Source: Callorhinchus milii
Lineage: Eukaryota
Direction of reading: 5' to 3'
Length of the DNA stretch: 64,000 bases
Assembly: GCF_018977255.1 (NCBI RefSeq)
Contig: NW_024704743.1
Location: forward strand, 77,068,001-77,132,000
Shown: in pieces, positions 1 through 11,632 of the stretch
Numbering within the stretch: the first letter of the stretch is position 1
How the letters are laid out: each line of letters opens with the position of its first letter
Translations under genes and position numbers: made by a program
Notes under the pieces: generated by a model
What the model was told of the DNA's origin: nothing
The model's database searches: none
Seen by the model: only the letters and a program-made list of their open reading frames with translations

Positions 1-875
1 GTACAATATATAATGTGAATAATTTGTATGTCAATTCAAAAGTAATGCAATGTGGGGCCATGGTTGGAGTATCGTCAAATATATTTTAATGGTGCTGTCC
101 GCATCTTCCTTTTAATGGTTCTTATCCATGCTGCTAAATGTGACACAAACCAAATGTTGCTTTACACTGGGGCGAATGGGTGCAAATCATCCTGTTTGTC
201 TACATGCATCTTCCAGCCAGTGCAAATCTCCACAATCTGAACTTCAGAGAACCAAAGCCCCAGCCTGCAGGAAATCAATGCTGAAAACATGAAGAATCTG
301 TCAACGCCGACACAGCAATAAATCAGAAGGAACTCATGGAAATATGCATGAAGAAGGAGTGCAGCCAGACTTAGTGTCGTGAATGGTAAGCTCATGTTTC
401 AAAAACAATTACTTTCAATTTTGTGCAGGATGTCCTTCTAGTTTTTAAAGCTGATACTAATAATTATTGAAATAATTTGTGCATCATTTGTATTAGTCTG
501 CATAAAAGAAACTGGGCTTAATTCAAAAAAAAATTGCAACATTTACTCTTCACGTGATGATACAAATTACAAATGGCGAACAGTTTGTCCATTTCCAATG
601 CTTGTTTCAACAACAACAACAAATTTAGATTGAGTTTCACTTATGACATCCCCATTTCAGTCTGCTCTGTCCTGCCAATACCTACACCAATGTATCTCAT
701 ATCATTTCGGAAACTTTCTTTCCACTATCAATTCAGTGTAATCAAGAGGCTCACATTTAGGGGTTACAGTCTCAGACTCAGAAGGAGAAGCGTGAACAGG
801 TTTACATTATACATAGAGGGCTAGCATGTGAAACAGTTTGCCCAGGGAAAAGGGAGAGGCAACAAGGCGTAGTTT

Positions 876-1256
876 CAACAACAACAACAACAACAAGATT
901 GCATTTATAGAGCGCCTTTCACGTCGGGAGGACGTCCCAAGGCGCTGGACAGTTGGGTTGGCACCCGAGCAGGGGGGAGATGTCAGGGTGAGGGGAGGGA
1001 AGGGAGGGAGTGAGGAGGGGAGGGAAGGGAGGGAGCGAGGAGGGGGTAGAGAGTCGAGAGGGGAGCTGAAGGCACGGTTGAAGAGAAAGGTCTTGAGACC
1101 GGCCTTGAAGGAGGAAAGGGAGGAGGCAAGGCGAAGGCACTGGGGGATGGAGTTCCAGAGCCTAGGGGCTGAGAGGCTGAAAGCCCGGCCACCGATGGTA
1201 GGGCGGTTAGGGCGGGGGATGTGGAACAGACCGGAGCCAGAGGAACAGAGGTTTCA
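876..1256 (-). mobile_element. L2-clade LINE, 3' fragment
   Basis: (CAA)n tail followed by reverse complement of the hairpin tail and ORF2 end seen in the longer copies at 37527 and 41200. Confidence 0.85.
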
Positions 1257-4200
1257 GTGATGAAATTGGATAAAATTTTGAAGGTGAGAAGATTGGGTGA
1301 TAGGTTGAGATGGTATTTCAAAATGAGAAAGATCAGACATTCTGTAATAGTCTTTCCGGTCATGCACATTCCCACCCTTCCTACGTGTTACGCATCCTTT
1401 TTCCTAAGAATACTTTCTGTGTCACAGCTTGCACAGTGCAGCTACGATACGTCACTAAAATAGCTGTTCACTGTCAAAGAAAATCTCCAGAAATAGAATC
1501 CAGCTTGGTATGGATTTTATTTTGAACCGTGATTCTTCTCGGGTGTTTCAACACTTTGGGATGTCCTCCCGACATGAAAGGCAAGATACAAATGTACTTT
1601 GTTGTTGTTGAACCAACCACTGGAAATGGAGGTGGCTGGTATTGAATCATAGAAATGACAACACAGTAGAACACTCAGCCCATCAAGCAATGCCTGTTCC
1701 AGCCCCTTCATGGGAGCTATATACTCCAATAACATGTACCCTTTTATATTGGTGTTTAAATTTCAAAATTCATAAAAGGATCTGTAAATCTGGAATGTCA
1801 CTCACATGTCCATCTCTGTCAGCGTTCAAGCCCACAATCTGAAAGTCCAAACTGAGATTGGCTTCTGAGATGAGTTCCAGAGAGAAACATCTGTTTATTA
1901 AACATTTTGTGGAATCTTGTCATTTAAACCTAATTTCCTTTCAATGAAAACACTCCAGAAATAAAGATAAATTGCCATTTAAATCATAAGCTGCTGGCCA
2001 GTTACAAATATTCCCTATTAGCCCATTTATTAGCCCCAGTGGAGCTAACAAGTGAAAAAGGACAATTCAAATAGCCATTACTCCAGAAGCCTTAAATTAT
2101 TTCTAAACCTGCAAGTTCTTGGTCCCAGTCAAATCATGCACTTTGAACGTGAAAATCCCTGTACAAAGTGGTGCACTAGGAGCCAACAACAGCAATCCTA
2201 CTGTTGTTTCACACCCTCCTCTTCAAGCATAAGTCTGGCATCTGTAGCTTTTCTGTTAACAGTAGATTAAGCAATGCTTCCCAGGCAGAGATAGGAAGCT
2301 GACACTGAGAAATGGAAGTTTGTCTTTTTGGCAACCACTTATGTGGGGTACTTTGTCCCCACGTAACATTGATCCTAAGTTGGTTTAAAGGATGTCAGAC
2401 TTCTTCCGAATCAGTGCCCTGAGTTACTGAGTTACATCCTTCTTAAAACTGTGCATGTGTGTTTTAAAGAATGTTTGAGTATTGGCAGCAATCCACTATA
2501 AACAGTATTCCAACCACCCCCAATTATCTATTTATTCCAGCTTCCATGTCTCCTACCTCATGTAGTGTCAGCACTCATTTTGCAGAATGATGGCTGTCCT
2601 TGAAAGCACTGGAGGATTTTCTCATTTACAAAATCTGTTTATAGGCCCCAGATTTGTGAGCAGTAAGTCTTAATAAGCTTTCTGTTTTAAAGATTATTTA
2701 TTTAGATCATCATTTGAACGTAATGTTGTTGCAAGACTCAGACTAATATTAAAATTGTGTAGTTGTCATATTTCATGCTTTTAACCTTTGAACCCCACCA
2801 TTTCCAAGAACTGAATGGTTTGACAATGTCCCTGAAAGGGAGTACAGAAAGTGCCAGTTACAGGCCTGGCTGGGGAAAGAGATCAGGACTCGGCAGGTCT
2901 GCGTCATTGCTGATGAAATGACTGTGTCAATTAACAGCTTGATTACACAGACAAAACAGCTAGCAGATGCCACACACCATGTACCTCAGGCTGTCACTTA
3001 TCTGCAAGACCTCCAACTAGCAGACACACTCCAGTGACAGCAGAGGTTTGTCTCCAACTGCAATTGAGGGTGCTGGCAAAAATCAGATTCAGATTCTACA
3101 TCCACAATTGTGCACTGTGCATAATGTTTACTGAACAAACAACCAGAAAATCTAAAGGCTGCAATACATCGCAGGTGTGTTTTAATAACATATAGACTAT
3201 TATACATTTGTAGTGAACCAGCAAGTGAATGGCCCCACACATTGCTGGATCGATTCCACAGAATATTTGGATGTAGGGTTGTCCTATTTCTTCCTACCCA
3301 TACCTGATGCTGTGGGATTTTCATTGTGACATCCTCCCGATGTAAAAGGAGCTGTACAAATGTAATTTTGTATTTTTGGTTTTGAGTCCCACCGTCTGGA
3401 TCTGAAATGGGATAATTAGTGTGCAAATCACCTCCTCCCGCCCATTGGTGCATCTCTTAAGCAGACAGTTTAACAGCGTCAGAGCTTGCATTTAGGTGAT
3501 ATACCTACGCACTTAGTTCTTCTGGAGTGATTCATGGTGAGTATCTTGGGGTGGAGGATAAAGATAATATGAAAAACAAAATGAGAACGGACCATCTGGA
3601 TGCAATTTATTGCTGTGTATATGTATTATTTTCATCCTTGATTGGGTGAAGTAAGGGTACAGAAGGACTCTCGAGATGTAACCAAAGAGCATCCCGGAAA
3701 CTTATGTAAGGTAAACATGTGAGTGTATGGTGCACATTGGGGCACCTTCCAAAAGCAGAAAGTGCGCCTTATCAGGGTGTGTGCAGAGTTTGCAGGTGCA
3801 TCTCAGAGAGATTCCAACTATACGTGAATTCTACGGTGATCAATGGTTTCACAGGGGCTCTCCATCCTCGGCTAAATTGTGCAGAGAAGCACAAAGTAAA
3901 AGGTCAGCCGCAAAGAGAAAGAAACCACAGCTACATGTAGTCTACCAAGCAATAGTCCCCATTGGAGAGTTAACCTCCAAGGAGCATAATTTGCCTTCTT
4001 AAGAAGCCTTAGTTGACATTTTTAGTTGGTTAAGTGGAAATTCAATGGAATTCCCACTTAATACAAGGCTGAAGTAATACCAGAGATATCCATTGATTGT
4101 AGTGCTATTCTGTAAACAAATGGGCTTTACAAGGTCTGGTCAAAGAGAGGACATGCAGGTCTTAAAAGCAGTCCATGCCTTAACTGACCCAAACAAATAA

Positions 4201-4429
4201 TCCAGTCATCTAAGGTATCATCACAAGATTCAGATGAAAAATATAATTTGTCCTTTTTAATCTCATCCGTCCAGAATAGCCATCCTACCATCCTCGATCA
4301 GTAGTGTGTTTCCACATTTTTTTTATTGAATATTTCTTGATTTTGATAAATTAAGAAATATTCAATCAAGAAAATTTATTTTGTTTGCCATCCAAAAAGG
4401 GTTATCCACCATTAGTTTACAGACTATAT

Positions 4430-4570
4430 GAGTTCACCTTCTGGCTCAAAGGTGAGAATGCTCTTTGGGACGTCCTCCCAGTGCTTTGGGACGTCCTCCC
4501 GATGTGAAAGGCGCTCTATAAATGTAATTTTGTTGTCGTTGTTGCTACCAATTGAGCCAGGATGACACCC
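4430..4570. mobile_element. SINE tRNA head (-) interrupted by an L2-type tail (+)
   Basis: accttctggctcaaaggtgagaatgct ... accaattgagccagg matches the SINE head at 11585-11625, split by ctttgggacgtcctccc...(TTG)n. Confidence 0.7.
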
Positions 4571-4614
4571 GATTACATTGGCCTTAGCATTCTATTAGCA
4601 GAAGTTGTTTTGCA

Positions 4615-4862
4615 CAAATAGAAACATAGAAACAGGAGTAGGCCATTCAGCCACTCGAGCCTTTTCCACCATTCTATAAGATCATGGCTGATCTGTACCT
4701 CATGCCCAATTACCCGCCCTTGCCCCTTAATACTCTGATCTAACAAGTAGCTATCCACCTCAGTCTTGAAGATGTGAATGGATCCAGCATCCACAGCCTT
4801 TTGGGGGAGAGAGTTCCAGATTTCCACTACACTATGGATGAAAAACTGCCTCCTCATATTAA
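4615..4862 (-). mobile_element. CR1-clade LINE, 3' end
   Basis: Minus-strand translation RRQFFIHSVVEIWNSLPQKAVDAGSIHIFKTEVDSYL resembles the CR1 ORF2 C-terminus; 3'UTR gaatggcctactcctg and (TTTCTATG)-type tail. Confidence 0.85.
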
Positions 4863-7800
4863 GGTGCAGGTCCCAGAACTTCAGAAACCTAGAACAAGGA
4901 ACATGGACTCAAACTCAGAAGAGGGAAAATGATCAAACAGTTCAGATTGAATTATTAACAGAGCATTACATACACTATGGAAGGTGGCAGTGGGGGTAGA
5001 TAGACCCATCAATTAGAAAATTAAATTAATGAGTAATTTGGAGAAGAATTTGATTAAGAGATATGCGAGATAGAATTTTAAAAAAAAACTTTGACACTGA
5101 AAAAGACTTGGACGGTAATTTGTTTCTATCCTCCCAAATTGTTATCAAATTGAGTTTACAAAGACATTTCTGAAACTCTAGCTAAATCTTATCTTGATGT
5201 CCAACAAAAGAACAAGCATAGCTACTTAGAGGCCAAACTATTTTCATGTTTTCTATTGTTTTCCAGTGTGTTTGATCAGGAATTATAAACACCAAAGTGC
5301 AAATATTTTTAAAATAAAACTAAAACCTTTTCCTTGTAGCCATGGCTACTAATTGTAATTTTGATCTGGAAATGATGCACTAGAAACAGATGAAGATCAT
5401 TAATTATATTCTAGTGAAACAAGAGCATTTCCTTCTTATTACACAGTAAAAATCACAATCTCCACAGTCTCCCTATCTACATTGATTCCTCCCCCCATTA
5501 ACAACATACAAGCTCCAATAAAGCCTTGCAGCTTGTGCAAGTCCATCATGCCTGCATTATCTCTCATTCCACCTCTAGGCTCATGTTAGGCATAACTGGT
5601 AATGAGCAGCTGTACATCCTTATTAGTTTACATTAAACACAAGCATCAAATCAGCCATTGGGACACATTTGCGGCTGTAATTGGCAAGTGCAAATAGATT
5701 TTAAATAGGACTAAGGGGTCTATTTTCAAAACTCCAGCAGATCATAAATTAATTTTGCTATTTTCCTCCTCCACAAAACTCATTTGTTGCCCTCTTTGTT
5801 AGTTCTAAACTTTGCCTTTATTGGATCTGAAAGAGTTTTGTACCAATTTTAGGCAGGAAGCAGGGACAATGCTGCAGGCCAGCTTGTGTGTAATTCAAGT
5901 GGCTATCTTGCTAGGTTCTGTGTCCCTGTTGCTTCCCTCTTGCACCATTTTGTTAGACAACATCCACCATGAGACAAATGTGTCCCATAAAATGAATATT
6001 TAAATGTTTGGGTATTATAACCTGCTAGATCCTGGTGTTGGAAATTATTTAGTTTTATTTAGGTACAACTTCTATTTCTGCCAGATCTCCTAGTAATAGC
6101 AGGAGTGATATCTTGTACAAAATTTGCACCATTATCCGTTGTTTTTAAAGTCATGTTGCAAATGCTTGCAACAATAATTCCTAAATATAGTCGCGTTTTA
6201 ATGAGAAGTGTATGTCCATGTTCTACTATCTTCAAAGTAAAACTGAAACAAACAGATAAACAAGGTGCTTCAAGCTCCCAACAGTAAGCCCTATATTGAC
6301 ACTTGTGTGTTGTCTAGTTTGATACTTCAGTGCATTACTGGGGTGCACTCCATTGTCTATTTCCCTCTTGAAACTCCTTGTCCTCTAGTCTCTTATTCCA
6401 TTATGTGTGCTGGTAGCTTATTCCACATGCACGTCAACCTTTAATTAAAATCATATCTCTATATTTCTATTCTCTTTTCTTGAGACTTATTTTAAAGATG
6501 TGACTTTTTGTTCTTAAATTTTGTACATGTAGGAAAACGTATCTCTGTCCAATTGGTTTTGAAATCCCAAATTTGCATTAAAGAAACAGTCACTTTTAAT
6601 AATGCCCAAATAGCCAGGAAAAAAAAGGCTGGAAGCTAATCATTACAAACCTGACTTGAATACATTATCATCTTTATATAATCACTCAAGCAGTACTGTG
6701 ATTTTAAACCTGTATTTACCTGACAACAGTAGAAAATATTGCAGTATCTGGCCACTTTTTCCTTGTTACTGTACAAATACATCAGCACAATTAGGTTTCC
6801 TCCACAAATGCAATTCACTTTGTGACAAGGCTAATGTATGTAAATAGGAAAGTTGTGTAGATGTGATTTTATTACTTTTAAAATGCAGCCCTAGCAGGAC
6901 AATAAAAGAGGACCGTGCCTTAAAATATGAGCCTGTCTAATTGTTCTGCACAGCTCTTTCTGTGCCTCTAATCAAATTTCGCTCTGTGATTGCTCTCTGG
7001 GCAGCCTCATTCAGGCTGACAGACGTTTAATAGAAATGAGTTGCTCTCCTTTGACATGAGGCAGGAGTCGTGGGTGTTGAAGAGCCACAGCACACTGAGG
7101 GACAATGAAACCCTTTCCACTCAACACTCTCAGCAGCAGGGACAGATAAATTACAACTGTTTAAAAGAATTAGCCGAACATCAGCTCCTGTTAAAAAAAA
7201 ATCCAAGAAAGTCAACTTCCACAAGAGGACACCCTTTGAATTGTAAAAACAAACTGCTGCCTGGGTGTTGACCATTTACTCTTTTCATATCTTCTCTTGA
7301 TGAGTTTTATACAGATTTCGGATAAAGAATCCTGTACTTTCAGAAAGTACAATTTGTTTAAACTTTATACCTCAAAGAAGATTGCTGCCTAATAAAGGGT
7401 TGAAAAATGCAATGTTTCTGAACAAATGGGACTTGTATCAGCAAATCTGCTAAGAAGCCACATTTTTCACAGAGTGTATTTTTCAATCAAAGTTTTAGAA
7501 ACTTTTACTAAATTTATATCAAGTCGTGTAATGTGGATAATTTTAAACAATAACTAGTCAGTGTATGCACTCTTTACAGATCTTTAGCAATCTTGCCATT
7601 TTCTAAGGATCCCCACACAATATGGTATTTGTGGCCTGACAAACATACCATTCCTATATGTGGATTCAAGAATAGGCAATAGTGATGCAGCAATAGATTA
7701 CATTAGTTTTATACGGTTGTAAGGAACTCATGAAAATGAGATCTTTATGCCTATTCAACTCTATCACTCCACGGATGAGTCACATTTTCTACATTTGATA

Positions 7801-8980
7801 TTTGTATGGCACCTTTCACATCGGGAGGACGTCCCAAGGCGCTGGAATGCAAACCTTGAATGTAAACATTTCCACAGGTTCTGAGACATATTGCACTCCC
7901 ATATGCATAATCACTCCCATGTTATATGATTTGGAATGGGGAACGTTTGTATAGAAGAAGATCCCCCTTCCCCATAGCATTGTCGTGGTTAAATGCGGTC
8001 GTACAATCCACTACTACGTCCTTATGATACGATAGTTTAATGATTATAGGAATTAGGTTCATGAAGTTCTGGGTCAAAGTCCCAGTGGCTTCACTCAGTC
8101 CTTTGTGAGTTGTAGCGCTGAGCTGTGAAAACCTGGACGATCTCAGTTCGACGTCCAGTGTTTATCAAGTTAACTGATTTCGGTTGTAGCAGCAACTTGG
8201 AGTCATTTTGACCCTTTAATCCTTTCTCCTAAAGGCCTTACACCTGTCTGGAATCAGAGCAACCTATTCCGAGACCTTCGCCAGAGTGCCTGAAGCCAGC
8301 TGCCAGGAGACACCAGAAAGCGCCCATACATGAAAAACAATTCTACCACCGGAAAGTGTTGTGCCATCGTGGTGGATGATTCAGTGGATGATGCCGAGAA
8401 AGGGAGGGGATTTTATTTCCTTCAAAGTAAGTCACAAAATTTGTCCAAAGGGCCTTTTCATCCACAACCTGGGAGTAGTGTTTATGTATTTTTATCTCTT
8501 TACACAAGGTCTCAGTGTAAACTAGTTTTCAGTGGGTGTATGTCTTACTGACTACCCTGTATAAATATTTTTCCTAAGTAAACAAACTAAGCTAGACCCA
8601 AAACATGTCCTAGTGTGTGAGTAACTAGTCCTGGCAATAAACTGTCCCCACTACATTATACACATCAACCCCCCAATGTAACATGTGGTAACAACACCAG
8701 CAGAAGAACCTGTTGGCAGATTGATGTAGTGGGGGTGACATATTTGTACAAAACACAACAACTAAAAGGTTAATCAAGGTCAGAGGGAGGGGACATCAAT
8801 CATCTGAAGGCCCAGCACCTTCCAGTCAAATAGAGACGATCAGTGAATGTACTTTAATGCCCGATTTTGTTGCTTTCTTGACAATGTTTGTAACACTATA
8901 AAGTGTTTGTTTGATACCAAAACTTGAATGAGGCCTGAGGCCCTTGACTGAGGTTCCAGCTTAACTTTCCCACAACTATT

Positions 8981-9378
8981 TAATAATAATAATAATTATT
9001 TGACATTTCGCCTTATGTTGCTGTTGAGATGTCTTGAAGCACTTTGCAGGATTTACTATTAAGTGTAGGCAAATGTGGCAGCAAATTTGTGCACAGCAAT
9101 GCCCACAAACAGCCATATAGTGAATGAACTTTTCTCTCTGGGAATTGGCCAGGGCACTGGCCTTCCCTTCTCTTTTCAAATATTTAACATCCACTTTGAC
9201 AGGCAGACAGGATCTTGGTTTAATCTCTCATCTGAAGGATGGTACCTCCAAAAATGCAGCACACCCTCAGCATTATGTGGACGTGTCAGCCCAGACTCTG
9301 AGTTCAAAGCCCCCAGGTGGCGCTTAAACCCACAATCTTTTGACTTAAAAGCAAGAATGTTACCAAATGAGATAGACT
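8981..9378 (-). mobile_element. tRNA-derived SINE with Deu-like central domain and L2-type tail
   Basis: (TAA)n end, shared tail, gatgagagattaaaccaagatcctgtctgc-type core on the minus strand, degenerate A/B-box head. Confidence 0.75.
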
Positions 9379-9395
9379 GCCACCCATTTGTTTGC

Positions 9396-9780
9396 CAACA
9401 ACAACAACAACAACTCGCACTTATGTAGTGCCCTCCACGCAGGGCAGCATCTCAGAGTGCTTTACAGTGACGGAGCCTGACACCGAGCCGGGGGGGGGGG
9501 TGTGGGGGAGGTGGCCATAAGCAGGGTCGAAGAGGAAAATTTTCAAGTGGGACTTGAAAGAGGGAAGAGAGGGGCAAGGCAGAGGAATTGAGGGAGAATG
9601 TTCCAGAGTTTTAGGGTGTAGTGGCTGAAAGCACGACCTCTGATGGTGGGGCAGATGGTGCGAGGATGAGCAGGAGGCTGGTACCAGTCAAGCAGAAGTG
9701 CCTGGTGATGGATTGGGGAGTGAGGAGGTCAGAGAGTGAATGGATTTGAACATGAGAGTGAGGATCTTGAAGTCGAACAT
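9396..9780 (-). mobile_element. L2-clade LINE 3' fragment (second tail subtype)
   Basis: (CAA)n tail; hairpin variant like 26921-26981; purine-rich antisense of ORF2 end. Confidence 0.75.
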
Positions 9781-11195
9781 GTACAATTAATCTGTGCCAA
9801 AGTTTCGACAATGTGATAAGGCGCAATATCAATGTGATAAGGCAAGGAGTTGCTTGTGTCCATATACAACAGTGTGTTGATTCTCACTAAAAATATAAAG
9901 GTGTAAGGGCTGGAATCAAAAATCAGCTTTCGCTAAGTGATTCTCTAACAGTGACAGAGACAATGCATTGCAGTCAACTCAGGGATACCCACAATCTGCA
10001 GTGGGAGCAGACAATCCACCAGTCAGCCGGGATGTATTTCTGGCTATCAGTGAATCCCATTGAGACTTGACTGCTACTTTTTCAATCCCATAAAATGTTC
10101 CATTTCCAAGTTAATTTCATCCTGGATCGTCACAGAACACTTTTTGCTCTATTATCTAGCGCTGTTGGTGCCATCAACAGTCAATGTTTAATTGAAATAT
10201 ATTATCCTGTCCTCTGTTGATAACAGTAACTTGCAACCTCCCCACCCCCCCCACCCCACACCCCCCAGTACTTCACCTTCGTAACCATTCTTCCTGCCTC
10301 AATCCAAACAGTGAGTGTCAATATGTTGTTGGACTTCGGAGGAATGCATCAAAACCACAACCAATGCTATTTTCATCCATGCGTTTTCCAGTAAAAACAA
10401 CTGGATACTGATCAGGAGTGGGAAAACCTAACTGGTATTTTTTCTCTTCCCTTGTTGTGAACTCTCAGAATGAGATTGCCAACTTTTAGTGCCAAATGAA
10501 GAGCAGTTTTGTGCTGGGATTGAGGTTACATAAATTCATTTCATACAGGGCCACTACAATCAACAGGCAGAGATTGTTTCCATCCTAACAGTCTGGGCTA
10601 GATTAAAATCCATGTCTCAAAGGACAATGTGCAAAACTACTGAGGCCCTCATAGTTCAGTGTTTGCAATAGAGCTAGACGAGTTCTATAAAAATCAAGAT
10701 GCATCGGTATCTCTGGTCCTAATAATAAATATTTTTGGCCAAGTCTGGAGTAAAATTTCAGTGACTACTCAATGCTGAGTGCCATTGGATTGTAATGTTG
10801 TCTAGGAACTATTAAGTGTTTCATGGAGCGATATGAAAAGTTCCTTCGCTCCTGTGTTCCCTGAGCTGCTGGTTAATCACATGAGAAGCCATTGGTTTTG
10901 GCAAAATGGATTCTTGCATTAATTGATGTTTCATGCCTGCCTTTGTACAAACTTTGCTGGCTTGAGTTGTGTGATTCACTGGCTACAAATTGCACAATCC
11001 TAATATTTGCAAATCAGAAGACCACAAGAAACCTGCTTCGTGAGTAGAGCCTCATTCACTCATGGAGGTCACTGTTTCTATTTATTATCCCAGATTTCTA
11101 AGATAATTATCAAAATAAGTTATTGTTAAAACAAGTTATTATTATTCAAATAAGTTATTATTCAAATAAGTTATTGTTAATTATTGAATTGATTC

Positions 11196-11632
11196 ATTAT
11201 TATAATAATAATACTTGTGTTTAATATAGAACCTCTTACATTGTCAAAACATCTCAGAGTACTTCGCAGGATTTACTGTAAAGTGTAGTAACTGTGCATT
11301 TGTGGGAGAACACAGCAGACAAGTTGCACATAGCATTGTCCCATAAACAGCCATGAAGTGGATCATTAATTTTACCTGACAGATTGTTGGACAGAGTACC
11401 AAGAGAAACTCCTTTCTTTTCCTGAATAATGCCATGGGTTTTGTAATTTCCATTTGAACAGGAAAAACAGATCTCAGTTTATTGTCTCATCCAAGGGATG
11501 GCACTTCTGACAACACCATGCTCCCCCAGTACTGTCAGTGTGGACTATTAGCTCAAAGTCTTGATGTGGGGTTTGAAGTCACAACCTTCTGATGCAAGGG
11601 CGAGAGTGCTACCAACTGAGGCAGGGTTGACA
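11196..11632 (-). mobile_element. Near full-length Deu-type tRNA SINE
   Basis: Minus-strand head ctcagttggtagcactctcgccc...gaaggttgtgacttcaaacccc, central domain, tail ending in (TTA)n. Confidence 0.8.

Noticed and set aside
838..1375. 140-aa and 130-aa ORFs (also 16477-17256, 38068-38538)
   Set aside because: Antisense or off-frame readings of L2 3' fragments; low complexity
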